The notes under the pieces are model-generated. The model did not search any database, was not told the origin of the DNA, and saw only the letters and a program-made list of their open reading frames with translations. Made by a program: the position numbers and the translations under genes. Of a stretch of DNA of 64,000 nt, positions 51,063 through 60,916 are shown one piece after another. Within the stretch, counting starts at the first letter, position 1. Each line of letters opens with the position of its first letter. The DNA is from Opitutales bacterium (GTDB lineage Bacteria; Verrucomicrobiota; Verrucomicrobiia; Opitutales; JABSRG01): positions 29,909 to 93,908 of the forward strand of contig JBMYOQ010000010.1 in NCBI GenBank assembly GCA_049599475.1. The letters run 5' to 3'.

Positions 51063-52244
51063 CTAGTGCCCGGTATAGTCTACAAGGTCCTGAAAGATAT
51101 GTGCCGTATAGTCCATATCTCGGTTGTAACCGAGTGCATCAAGCGCAACATCCACATCAGCAAAACGATCAGTTCCGATTACGATCAAAGGCATCTCAGC
51201 TCCATCGTAAATCCGTTTCGGATCAAGCCTAACAACCGGTGCTCCCAAAAATGATCGCCCGCCCGGCTCCTCATTTCTATCAACGAATCCGTTCACCGCG
51301 ATTCCATGAGCCGCTAAATAGTCTTTAACACGCTCGGCCCCTGAACCAGCACCCCAAACCCAACAAGGCCGACCGTGCGCTTGTTCAGTTTTTAGGAAAC
51401 GCATAAAATTCCGCGCTTTTTTCATGCTCAACTCGTGGCGTGAACGCTGAATCGTCGCACATAAGTCTTCGTTCTCTATAACATCAATCTGACTCGGCGT
51501 GGTCGCGTTCACGAGACGAATCCCACGTTCCTCGCACATATCTCTGTAGGTTAGCAAGGTCCCCCGAGAGCAGCGTTCATACTCGTAACCATACCCATAC
51601 CCCTGAGGGTAGTGACCTTCGATTTTAGTGAAATGTGTATCCTTTCCCGAGTAATCCAGATCGCACCCAAGTAAAACAATCTCGCGCGCGCCCAAGTAGA
51701 CTCCCAATTGGATGGCACCAAACAAAACACTTCTTCCGAGACTATCCCAGGTAGCATCCATCTCGAACCGCGCAGCGGACGCATGATCAACCGCAAAAAC
51801 CCATTCATCACCCTTTTTCCGAATTCTGAACTCACCCATCAGTAGGCGCATCTTCGGGCAGCTCTCAATGATTCCTAAAATCTTGTCAGAAGCTACTGCA
51901 GGACAAGTAAACGTGATGTAACGCGAAGCCTCAAACCCCTCATTTAGCTCTACAATTCTCCCTGCGTCTTGGACGACATTCCACAAGGCCGCCGGCTGAG
52001 TTTTATCGTAATAAAGAAAGCCTCGATTGGTAGAAATTATATTCTGCCCATCCAGCGCAGCCGGATTCACCGATTTAAGCGAGGGACCGTTACCTAAGAC
52101 ATAGACTGTTTCACCTTTCAGAAAATTCTTCCATTTTCGCAACTCCGTATGCCCACGATCTGCCATCCGCTTGTAACGCAGCCACTTTTCATGCAAAGGA
52201 TGGCCCAACTTAAGTACTTCTGAATATTCAACGGGGGGCTGCAT
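51063..52244 (-). CDS. Maf/DUF115 (MAF_flag10)-like protein with C-terminal Rossmann-like module
   Basis: VLGNGPSL, STN, QD, AIQLGVYLGAREIVLLGCDL, HF, NAT; then VWGAGSGA...GFVDRN. Confidence 0.8.
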   Translation of the reverse strand: MQPPVEYSEVLKLGHPLHEKWLRYKRMADRGHTELRKWKNFLKGETVYVLGNGPSLKSVNPAALDGQNIISTNRGFLYYDKTQPAALWNVVQDAGRIVELNEGFEASRYITFTCPAVASDKILGIIESCPKMRLLMGEFRIRKKGDEWVFAVDHASAARFEMDATWDSLGRSVLFGAIQLGVYLGAREIVLLGCDLDYSGKDTHFTKIEGHYPQGYGYGYEYERCSRGTLLTYRDMCEERGIRLVNATTPSQIDVIENEDLCATIQRSRHELSMKKARNFMRFLKTEQAHGRPCWVWGAGSGAERVKDYLAAHGIAVNGFVDRNEEPGGRSFLGAPVVRLDPKRIYDGAEMPLIVIGTDRFADVDVALDALGYNRDMDYTAHIFQDLVDYTGH

Positions 52245-52256
52245 AGTAAAGATCCG

Positions 52257-52283
52257 GGATCGGCATCGTTGTGTTTGAGTTAA
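52257..52283 (-). promoter_or_regulatory. Sigma-28-type promoter
   Basis: TTAA-N15-GCCGATCC, 12 nt before ATG 52244. Confidence 0.6.
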
Positions 52284-52290
52284 GCGTGAA

Positions 52291-53958
52291 CTATTTCTTA
52301 AAGTCCTTCAATTCAGAGTATTCCGAGAACCAACGCCTAATACGCTTATCACACATTCGACCTTCATGAATCAATTTTGTCGTATCAACATAATGAATAA
52401 GCCTTAAAGACACCCCCTCACCAACAAGAGAGAATATGATCTCCCAGAAATAATTACTCGCGATAAGGATCGGATACGCAGAATCGGATCTAATATCACT
52501 AATTGAATACGATGACCCATCCTCACTACCGGTGGTGGTGACAAATCCAGCAAATTTTTCTGGAGCAATTGCCTTCGCAACCGCCTTGCCGCCAACTCCG
52601 TTACCGTAAACAAAGAGCTTTTCATTTTGAATGTCTTCGAAATCTTTACCCTCGCGAGCCCACTCAATTAATCGTTTAAGATCGTCGTGAAACCATGGAT
52701 ATTGCGCATCATCCTCAGTGTATATATAACGCTTGAGAGTATCAAGAAAGAGAACGGGATCTCTAAGCTTAAAACGCATCGCAAGCTGAAAACCGACAGG
52801 ACCCATTTCTTCAATCAAATAAGGACGCCGCATCACCAATGCATAGTAGACTCCATAATGAAAATCGGTGCCTTCAAATTTTTGAACTCGCGAGAGAATT
52901 TCCCGCCACAGTAAATCCAGCTCGGAAGCAAAACATAGCTCCAAGAAGAGTTCCATTTCCGTAAGTTTTTTGAACGAATCGGGATGAACATCCAATGCTC
53001 CGACCATCCTTTCGAACACAAATTTCAAATTTGAAAATTCATCAGTCGCCCATACATCCGCTTGCCCAACTTGGGCTAACGGAAATTGATCACCAAGGAA
53101 GCGCCCGGAGTAATGATGATAAGCTAAAGTTGCAGATGTAGCATTGGGCACCCAGGTATTGAATTGCGCATATTTAACACCGGGCATTCCCCAAAAAACC
53201 CCAGACGGCCCATTACTTACAGTAAAGCTTAGAAACACAGCCTTGTGAAGCGCGACCCGAAACAACAAATCAAGAGACGCTTCAGAACATACCACTCCAT
53301 CAATGCCATAGGTGTTTTCTGGTTCGTAGCCATCTGGAATAACCACGGGATGGTAAGCGTTTTCTTTCAAAAACTCTGCAAACATTCTCCATGCTGGAAT
53401 ATTACAATTTCGCTCTCGTGAGTATTGAGTATTGCGAATAGTGATCAATACCACCCGTGCCGCTTCGATTTGATTTTGGTTCAACCAAGTGTCAACTTCA
53501 GATCTATATTTACCTGGAACTGTAGGATCGAATATTCTCCGGGATTCTCTAATAGCATCCCAGTACCATTTGTCCGCATGTAACGTGTTCTTACTCCAAA
53601 AGGAGTAATCTTCTGGGAATAGGTGGAGTTTATTCGATCGAATAAACTCCCCGGCCTCGGCCCTGGAATCAAATCTCAGGTAAGCGCCTCTGGGAAAATA
53701 TAGCTCTAGCAACGGAAGCGTTATCGTCCGCAGGCGCTGCTCTGCTTCCTCTAAAGAAAAGCTCTCATCGCGGAATCCGTTTTCGCTATCCGACGGAATC
53801 AGTAAACAGACAAAACGCTTCAGACGAGACTCTTCATAAGCTTGCGCTGCGAGCTGAGCCACTTTGCAAAAGTCGAATGTTGGAAACTCTACAGCGAAAT
53901 CAACAACAAGACAGAACTGAGTAGTGTCTTGATTACTTAGACAGATTGCCTCGTCCAT
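52291..53958 (-). CDS. Putative GT-B protein (paralog of 48066-49229) with C-terminal Rossmann-like module
   Basis: LITIR...ERN...W, VSNGPS; FVYGNGVGG...ILIAS. Confidence 0.6.
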   Translation of the reverse strand: MDEAICLSNQDTTQFCLVVDFAVEFPTFDFCKVAQLAAQAYEESRLKRFVCLLIPSDSENGFRDESFSLEEAEQRLRTITLPLLELYFPRGAYLRFDSRAEAGEFIRSNKLHLFPEDYSFWSKNTLHADKWYWDAIRESRRIFDPTVPGKYRSEVDTWLNQNQIEAARVVLITIRNTQYSRERNCNIPAWRMFAEFLKENAYHPVVIPDGYEPENTYGIDGVVCSEASLDLLFRVALHKAVFLSFTVSNGPSGVFWGMPGVKYAQFNTWVPNATSATLAYHHYSGRFLGDQFPLAQVGQADVWATDEFSNLKFVFERMVGALDVHPDSFKKLTEMELFLELCFASELDLLWREILSRVQKFEGTDFHYGVYYALVMRRPYLIEEMGPVGFQLAMRFKLRDPVLFLDTLKRYIYTEDDAQYPWFHDDLKRLIEWAREGKDFEDIQNEKLFVYGNGVGGKAVAKAIAPEKFAGFVTTTGSEDGSSYSISDIRSDSAYPILIASNYFWEIIFSLVGEGVSLRLIHYVDTTKLIHEGRMCDKRIRRWFSEYSELKDFKK

Positions 53959-53972
53959 ATTCTGAGAATCTA

Positions 53973-54605
53973 TTACGACAAAGATATGAAGTTAAGGATA
54001 GGTTTAGCCACATCAACAACTGTAAGAAACCTCCCATCGACTTGTTTATCTTCCACACTCTTGAAACGGTCATAGCTCTCACGCTCGACCTGAACCCAAT
54101 AATTATCCTCCCCATAGAACGCTGGGGGCTCGACGAGTAGCGTGTTGTATCCAAATTTCTCTAACTGACGCCCGTACGCACTGAGCGCAGCTTTGGCACA
54201 ACAGTATGCCGGGCTGGAATTTCCTGTAGCGACTGAATCAGATGAAATGAGGACACATTTAGCAGCGCTATTCTTGCTCAAGACAGCATCTGACAAAACC
54301 ACAACCGATAGGTAATTCAAATAAGTGATCGCCTCCCAAGAAGCTGAATTTTTCGCGACTTTAGGACGATCCATCGGTCCTCCCGCACAGAATGCGACCG
54401 CATCGTACGGCTCTGCTTGCTGCAATTGCAGGACTGCCCCTTCCACAGCCTGAGGTGAAGACAGATCGCATTGTATATGACGCCAAGCGTCCGCGACATT
54501 CTCCGCCGAACGCCCGAGGGCTGTTATCTCGAATCGAGCCTCCAAGGCCCGAGCTAGCATCCGCCCAAGCCCTCGCGTGGCCCCTGTTAATAACAATCGT
54601 TTCAT
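53973..54605 (-). CDS. SDR oxidoreductase
   Basis: TGATRGLG, YCCAK. Confidence 0.85.
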   Translation of the reverse strand: MKRLLLTGATRGLGRMLARALEARFEITALGRSAENVADAWRHIQCDLSSPQAVEGAVLQLQQAEPYDAVAFCAGGPMDRPKVAKNSASWEAITYLNYLSVVVLSDAVLSKNSAAKCVLISSDSVATGNSSPAYCCAKAALSAYGRQLEKFGYNTLLVEPPAFYGEDNYWVQVERESYDRFKSVEDKQVDGRFLTVVDVAKPILNFISLS

Positions 54606-55585
54606 GATTTCTGGTAGATACGGTCGAGGGTTTTCATCAACAGCATGGCATCCCCAGAGTTACCTTCACCGATAGGTGTATCATGTGTGATGGCGGCGAA
54701 AAATGCTGCAACTTCTTCGGCCCAAGATTCGTCGATATTGTAAACGATTCTTTCTTCACTCTGAAAGTCACCCGTTTGTGTCCGCGAGGTATTGCGCTTG
54801 ATCGCTAAGTCTTCGTCACCGTAGGCACCCGAGCTCGTTTTCAGGCCATTTAGGATCAGAGCACCCCCTTCGAGGAAGACTTCAAAGGAAAACAAGTAGC
54901 GCCACTGAGTCATCGTGGAATGCAGAGAGGCGCACACACCGCTTGTCGTGTTACGCATGATCGCGAAGACGTTGTCTTCGAGCCCAGGTGTTTTCCAGTA
55001 TAGATTAGACACCAACGCGTGCACCTCATCAAAGGGCCCTGCAAAGTGTAAAAATAGGTCCAGCATATGGATCCCCTGATCTAGCAAAATACCCCCTCCT
55101 GCTTTTTCCGGATCCGCACGCCAGCCCTCGAAATAGGAGCCATCGACCTCTTTGCCATAGCGACCACGCATCCAGAGGATTTTACCCATTTCACCCTTTT
55201 CGACCAAAGATTTCATCTTTTGAATACTCCCGTGATGGCGATGGTTAAACCCATACATCAGCTTCTTTGAAGAGCGCTTTTCGGCCTCAACCACTGCCTC
55301 AAGCTCCTGAGCATTGAAAGCTGGGGGCTTTTCTGAGAACACATGTTTGCCTGCATTCAGCGCGGCAACACAGAGAGGCACGATCTGATAATTCGGTGTA
55401 CACACAAACAAAGCATCAACCCTGGGATCATCGATAACGGCTTGCGCCGATTGAGCCTGTTCAAACGGGCATTCTACAACGACTGTATCATAAATACTCA
55501 CGACCCGTCCCGAGCCATTATTTTCAATAGTAGCGGCACGAATTTTGCCCATTTTACCATAGCCGATTATACCACAATTAATCAT
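54602..55585 (-). CDS. Gfo/Idh/MocA oxidoreductase
   Basis: GYGKMG, SEKP, GFNHR, GGGILLDQGIH. Confidence 0.9.
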   Translation of the reverse strand: MINCGIIGYGKMGKIRAATIENNGSGRVVSIYDTVVVECPFEQAQSAQAVIDDPRVDALFVCTPNYQIVPLCVAALNAGKHVFSEKPPAFNAQELEAVVEAEKRSSKKLMYGFNHRHHGSIQKMKSLVEKGEMGKILWMRGRYGKEVDGSYFEGWRADPEKAGGGILLDQGIHMLDLFLHFAGPFDEVHALVSNLYWKTPGLEDNVFAIMRNTTSGVCASLHSTMTQWRYLFSFEVFLEGGALILNGLKTSSGAYGDEDLAIKRNTSRTQTGDFQSEERIVYNIDESWAEEVAAFFAAITHDTPIGEGNSGDAMLLMKTLDRIYQKS

Positions 55586-55594
55586 AAAATGGAC

Positions 55595-56404
55595 TTAGTT
55601 TGTGAGTAATTTCATAGCAGCACGACAATCAACAGCGAGGCCGTCTAGAAAGTCTGTACTATTGCTGGATATATGAGGGGTCATATAAAAATCATGCGGA
55701 TGGTAGGAGCATAAGGCACCTTGATAAGGTTCCTGCCAGAACACATCAAAAGCCGCCTTAAGGCGACCATTGGAAACCTCTCTTAGCAACGCTCCTTCAT
55801 CAACAATAGGCCCTCGAGCAGTATTGATCAAGATGGTTCCATCCTGCATCCAAGAAAGCTTCTCGTCATCCATGAAAGAGCGCGTTTCCTCCGTCAGCGG
55901 CAAATGTAAACTCACGATATTAGCATACCGCACTTTGCCTTCCAGTTCTTCTCGAGCGTTGTTTAAGACATCATAAGTATCTACCTCAACAAACGGCTCC
56001 ATCGCCGCGGCAACCTTCCGTCCAATATTGCCGTTACCAATTACTAAGAGCCGATTAGAGCCTAGAGCACGGCGTGGCGTTTTTGTCCACGTCTCGAGAT
56101 TTCCAACCCCACGTAACAACATCTTTAAAATGAGATGGCATGTAAAGTGGGCCGTTTCGGTATATATAATTTCCCGTGTAATATCAGAGGGTAAGAATAC
56201 TTTCACACCACGTTCCTCCGCTTCCTCAAAGGGGACATTGTCCACACCAACGCCACATTTAAACAGACCTTTTAGACAGGGAAATTCACTTAGCGGAATC
56301 GGCTTGCTGCCAATGATCGCAAACTCCGCCAAAGACATCTCTTCACTGTAAGACAACTCTGGAAGCAAGGCGTCGAGGGTTTTCGTATTTTTCCAGACTT
56401 TCAT
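55595..56404 (-). CDS. D-isomer 2-hydroxyacid dehydrogenase family
   Basis: GVGVDN, GNGNIG, HLPLT, INTARG, FDVFWQEP, TPH. Confidence 0.88.
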   Translation of the reverse strand: MKVWKNTKTLDALLPELSYSEEMSLAEFAIIGSKPIPLSEFPCLKGLFKCGVGVDNVPFEEAEERGVKVFLPSDITREIIYTETAHFTCHLILKMLLRGVGNLETWTKTPRRALGSNRLLVIGNGNIGRKVAAAMEPFVEVDTYDVLNNAREELEGKVRYANIVSLHLPLTEETRSFMDDEKLSWMQDGTILINTARGPIVDEGALLREVSNGRLKAAFDVFWQEPYQGALCSYHPHDFYMTPHISSNSTDFLDGLAVDCRAAMKLLTN

Positions 56405-57174
56405 AGGAACCTTTCAAATAAATCAGATGCTTCAGCAAACACACCAGGCGCTCCAGCAAGAACGGTGACACGCAAATCTTGCTTTCGCCTCGTCACCGAA
56501 ACCTGCCCGCCTGCAGCCTTGACCAAAGCGATGCCGGCAGCGACATCCCATAGCCAAATATCCTCCTCACAGTAATAATCCAAGGTTCCGTCCGCAACAT
56601 ACGCGAGAGACATCGCTGCGGAACCCAACATACGCACCTTTTTAAACTCAGCCGCAAAACCAATAAAGCCGGATAACGCCTGTTGAGAAAAATCACGCCC
56701 CACCGGAAAGCCCGTCGCCAGAATACCCTGGTTTACCGACTTCACATCTGAGCACTCAAATGGCTGCCCGTTCATATGCGCGCCCTGTTCAAGGCCCCCA
56801 GAATATATGCGCTTTTGCAAAGCATCATAGATAATCCCTAATACGGGGTTACCCTCAACACAGAGCGCGACCGAAATCGCATATATGGGAAAACCTCGGA
56901 CAAAATTCATTGTCCCATCAATGGGATCAATTATCCAGAATGCTCCTTCTTTCGCACAGGCATGACTCGCCAAACTCTCTTCAGACAAAACCGGGAGACC
57001 AGACTCAGCCAGCGCGCTTTCTAGAATATGGCCAACAGACTCATCCGCTTGCGTCTTGATATCTCGACCTTCACACAGCCGGACACCCGCATCGCCCTGA
57101 TAGCTTTCCAGCACTGGAATCGCGCGCTCTAAAGCCTCAATACCGAGTTTCAAGTATTCCTGTAGGTTATTCAT
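56401..57174 (-). CDS. Inositol monophosphatase family
   Basis: SEE, WIIDPIDGTMNF, GSAA, WDVAAG. Confidence 0.92.
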   Translation of the reverse strand: MNNLQEYLKLGIEALERAIPVLESYQGDAGVRLCEGRDIKTQADESVGHILESALAESGLPVLSEESLASHACAKEGAFWIIDPIDGTMNFVRGFPIYAISVALCVEGNPVLGIIYDALQKRIYSGGLEQGAHMNGQPFECSDVKSVNQGILATGFPVGRDFSQQALSGFIGFAAEFKKVRMLGSAAMSLAYVADGTLDYYCEEDIWLWDVAAGIALVKAAGGQVSVTRRKQDLRVTVLAGAPGVFAEASDLFERFL

Positions 57175-57231
57175 TTATAACGATTAAATGAAGGTAAGAC
57201 TCCAACTCTAGACTGAAGGAAATTCTTGATA

Positions 57232-58362
57232 CTAATCCTCGTAAATATGAGCGACGTCCGCTCGACTGACCGCCATACGGATCGCAGGCTCATCCCCAAC
57301 GCACGTGATTTTATGCCACACATTTTTTGGAATGAAAACAACTTGCCCTGCGTTGATGATTTGTTCCTCACCGGCGATCGTCCATTTCCACTTACCTTTG
57401 AGGATATACCACCACTCATTCCAATCAGGGTGATAATGTAAACGGTTGCCCTCGCCCGGCGGTTGGGAAATAATTGTCATGGAGTTACTCTCGGTATTCA
57501 CGATGCGATGGATCCATGACTCCGATGAGTCCATACGGTCGATGATAGACTGAACGTCTGTTACAGGCAGATTTTCCTCGTCGAAATTACCTACCATGAC
57601 ACCATCGCCCTTCAAGATTGAGGGCACATCTACCTCCACATGATGCCCTCGCGACTCCCCGTAATACTCAGGTTTACCTGCCTCTGCATCATATGCTCGC
57701 GATTTAATCGCGACTTCCGCGAGTTTAAAATCTGACTCATTATCGATATCTATCGTCGACAACCCGCTCAGCTCAAAATAGCCAACACGCTCGCCACACC
57801 CATGATATGCAGCACCGTATTCCTTCATATTTTTCAGGAAGTTCGCGCGATCATATCCCATAAATACAGTCCCATAGCTGAAAATGGGTTCCATAATCTG
57901 AGACTGGCGCTGCGTATCTGTCATGGAAAAATTGAGGGCTTTCCCATTTTGCATACAGGCTATCTGCTGGCGCACGACTGTGACATAGGTAAGGTAGCTT
58001 CCATCATTCATTCCCTGCACAAAGCTACGAATTTCCTCCGCAGTCACCAGTGGGGAAGTCGGCAACAATTGAAATATCTGATCTGCTTCGTGCTTTAATA
58101 CAAAATCCTCGAGGAACTCATCATTCACCGTAGAGTTTTGCGCAAACTCCGCGGGTCTTTTGTAGAAAGAAACCCCATACTCATCCGCAATCTCTCGAAA
58201 AATCTCTCCTTCTGAATTTAGGTAAATTTCATCGAAGGCTCCAGATTCCTTCGCAACCTCAATGATGTAGGCAACCAAAGGTTTTCCGAGAATCAGTCGT
58301 AAATTTTTCTTCTCTACCCGCTCGCTTCCGAGTCGAGCAGGGATCATGGCAATCAGCTTCAT
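57232..58362 (-). CDS. NeuA-family cytidylyltransferase fused to a cupin domain
   Basis: IPARLGSERVEKKN, PTSP, IDID; HYHPDWNEWW...PKNVWH. Confidence 0.85.
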   Translation of the reverse strand: MKLIAMIPARLGSERVEKKNLRLILGKPLVAYIIEVAKESGAFDEIYLNSEGEIFREIADEYGVSFYKRPAEFAQNSTVNDEFLEDFVLKHEADQIFQLLPTSPLVTAEEIRSFVQGMNDGSYLTYVTVVRQQIACMQNGKALNFSMTDTQRQSQIMEPIFSYGTVFMGYDRANFLKNMKEYGAAYHGCGERVGYFELSGLSTIDIDNESDFKLAEVAIKSRAYDAEAGKPEYYGESRGHHVEVDVPSILKGDGVMVGNFDEENLPVTDVQSIIDRMDSSESWIHRIVNTESNSMTIISQPPGEGNRLHYHPDWNEWWYILKGKWKWTIAGEEQIINAGQVVFIPKNVWHKITCVGDEPAIRMAVSRADVAHIYED

Positions 58363-58371
58363 ACTTCCTTG

Positions 58372-59100
58372 TTACTGGATTGTGGCACCCCCATCGATTA
58401 CGATAGACTGCCCGGTGATAAATTGATTTTGGTTCGAGGCCAACATGGCGACTTGACTAGCTATATCGGACACAGCGCCAAATCGATTTAGCGGAATTTT
58501 ATCAAGAAGCTGTTGTCTAGCAGTGTCATCTAGGGCTTTCAGCATATCAGTCTCGACATACGCAGGGCATACGGCATTGACCAAAATCCCCCTGTCAGCG
58601 AGCTCGATAGCTGCCGAGCGTGTAAGACCTTCAAGAGCCGCCTTAGATGTGCTGTAAGCAGTCATACCCGGGCGGCTGACTATTGAAGCAATGGAGCTGA
58701 TATTAACAATTCGACCCCAGCCCAAGCTCCCCATATGCGTAATACAACCCTGAATAAGCCTCCAAGCCGACCGTAGGTTAATATCCATTATTTCGGTGAA
58801 GTGACATAGCTCTGAATTTTGAATCAAGGTATTCGTGAACACGCCCGCATTGTTAATCAAAATATCGATCCCTTGTTCATCTATGGCTTTCAGCAATGCA
58901 TCAACCGAGTGATCATACTTAAAATCACACTCAATGAACTCGACCCGCGGTGCATCCGCCCACCAACCTCGCCGATGTTGAGTGCCTGTAATAAACACAG
59001 TATCTACAGACTCCTCAACAAACACTCTTGCGATAGCCTCTCCAATACCTCGCGTGCCTCCAGTGACTAAAACCTTTTTGCCTTCAATTTGTAAATTCAT
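58372..59100 (-). CDS. SDR oxidoreductase (FabG-like)
   Basis: TGGTRGIG, NNAG, YSTSK, IDGG. Confidence 0.9.
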   Translation of the reverse strand: MNLQIEGKKVLVTGGTRGIGEAIARVFVEESVDTVFITGTQHRRGWWADAPRVEFIECDFKYDHSVDALLKAIDEQGIDILINNAGVFTNTLIQNSELCHFTEIMDINLRSAWRLIQGCITHMGSLGWGRIVNISSIASIVSRPGMTAYSTSKAALEGLTRSAAIELADRGILVNAVCPAYVETDMLKALDDTARQQLLDKIPLNRFGAVSDIASQVAMLASNQNQFITGQSIVIDGGATIQ

Positions 59101-59143
59101 GACCGAATATGCTCTTCAGTTCGGAAAGAGTAATAGACCTAAA

Positions 59144-60214
59144 TTACAGAGCTTCAGATAGAATCTTCTCAATGTCTTCCTTTGGGACATCCGTGCAATT
59201 CTTTCGCTTAAAATGACCAAACAGAGCCCGCCTCTCATCATAACTAAATACCCGGTATTTAGGAATCGTGTTGGTGTGCGGCACATCTCCTCTGGATTGC
59301 CACCCGAGCGCACGCATTGCTTGATTCGCATATTTCGAATAGTCCTCCAAGTCCCCCTCAATCCACTCGACATCAGGGTTCGAAAGACGTGCTCGGCGCA
59401 TCGACATATCCCCAAGCTCTAGATATCGCTTTACTTTTTCTCTTCGATCTAATGATTCCCAGCCCGGCTCATCTCCTCGAATTCGGTTAGTTACAGAATC
59501 CCTATCCGAATAGTGATAGTTTCTATTCATAATCGATTCTATATGGCTTTCCGTGGATCGTTTCATTTCGAGGACAACAGGACGATAAGGACATACCCTC
59601 AAAAATTCCTCTAAAACAAAGTTCACCGGATTGCCACCCAGGCAGTCGAATCGCTCGACCAAGAAGTGTAGAAACGCTCCCAATACGTCGGAAGAGTCAT
59701 CGCCAGCGTACGCAAAAGCCCTTAACGCATAGATGATAGCCGCATACGGTTCGTGAGACACGCGAACCGGCTGAACGACTGATTGCTTCAAAAACCGTGT
59801 CATCGAATCCCCACCGCACCTACCGCAAGAGGGGTAAAAGAATCTCTCTTGGAAAACATTTGGACCTTGAAGACTTTCTTTGATCCATCCTGAGCATATC
59901 ACCTGAAGTATTCTCCATGTCTCCGGATCTTCGATCCAACGCGCTTCGCTCGCAACCGCGACAAACAATTGACCAATCTTCTGAGACGTTAGGTTTCCTC
60001 GTCCCCAATACCACAGCCTCACCTTAAACTCATCCGACAGAGCATCGATCTCCAGAGCACGAAACAGGTTCGATTCCAGAACAAGGTTTTCTTGATCAGA
60101 TGCAGATAGGCTTGCCTCAAATTGAACTGAAAAACACTGCTGCGGCCTCTCCTCATCGCGACCTATATATTCGACGATTGCCTGCTTAAGCTCCTGAAAT
60201 TTCGTGTCTTGCAT
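59144..60214 (-). CDS. Hypothetical protein, possible sulfotransferase-like P-loop domain
   Basis: SCGRCGGDSM...HEP resembles the GRSGT..HEP sulfotransferase start. Confidence 0.5.
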   Translation of the reverse strand: MQDTKFQELKQAIVEYIGRDEERPQQCFSVQFEASLSASDQENLVLESNLFRALEIDALSDEFKVRLWYWGRGNLTSQKIGQLFVAVASEARWIEDPETWRILQVICSGWIKESLQGPNVFQERFFYPSCGRCGGDSMTRFLKQSVVQPVRVSHEPYAAIIYALRAFAYAGDDSSDVLGAFLHFLVERFDCLGGNPVNFVLEEFLRVCPYRPVVLEMKRSTESHIESIMNRNYHYSDRDSVTNRIRGDEPGWESLDRREKVKRYLELGDMSMRRARLSNPDVEWIEGDLEDYSKYANQAMRALGWQSRGDVPHTNTIPKYRVFSYDERRALFGHFKRKNCTDVPKEDIEKILSEAL

Positions 60215-60511
60215 CCGAATTAAGTGAATTGTGTATAAGGGTGAAATATTAAAGATATCAGAATCTAGGCAGGGCCTTGAAGATCACCGAGCACGCATTT
60301 AAGGTGTAAAAACACTCCGTAACATGCATGCGAAATCACCCTGAACGGCAGATAATGAAAACGACTAAGTTTCTAAATCTGGCTATGGAATAGATTGTCA
60401 GCCGCAGGCTTTCAGAGGCTCTTCACCAGAAAGAAACCCACATCATACAAAATGCCCAAATCTGAGTCTTCGAGATAGTTAATTCAAAAGCAGTGTTGTC
60501 GTATTAACCCA

Positions 60512-60916
60512 ATGATTCGGGCTTGTATCCTCCCGAAAAGTCGAACCTTCAGTTTTAGAATAATGCTCAGCCTATACAGATTTCTATACTCAATGATGAG
60601 TGAGAAACCTTGGCCTAATTTTCGTGGAACTCTCAAGGGTCATAAAAAAATCGCGGTATTTGGAGCGGGAAAAGCGGGTGTCCATAACATTCCCATTTTA
60701 GGCAGGCACCACGACATCATCGCCATACTTGACAATGATTCGACAAAATGGGGAACAGAGATAAAGGGGATAAAAGTCTCTCAACCAGAGGCATTCGATT
60801 TTGACGCAGTCAACTTCGTCGTAATTGCCTCAATGTATGCTACAGAGATTCGAGATCAACTCAAAGGCCTAGGCGTACTGCATGATCAAATCAAAATCAT
60901 GAACAAGATCAGATGA
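60512..60916 (+). CDS. Stand-alone small Rossmann-like domain protein
   Basis: IAVFGAGKAG, ILDNDSTKWG, VVIASMYA; true start may be a downstream ATG. Confidence 0.75.
   Translation: MIRACILPKSRTFSFRIMLSLYRFLYSMMSEKPWPNFRGTLKGHKKIAVFGAGKAGVHNIPILGRHHDIIAILDNDSTKWGTEIKGIKVSQPEAFDFDAVNFVVIASMYATEIRDQLKGLGVLHDQIKIMNKIR

Noticed and set aside
60250..60285. TCAA-N14-TCTGATAT upstream of 59144-60214 as a sigma-28 promoter
   Set aside because: Spacing and -10 element both deviate; too weak.
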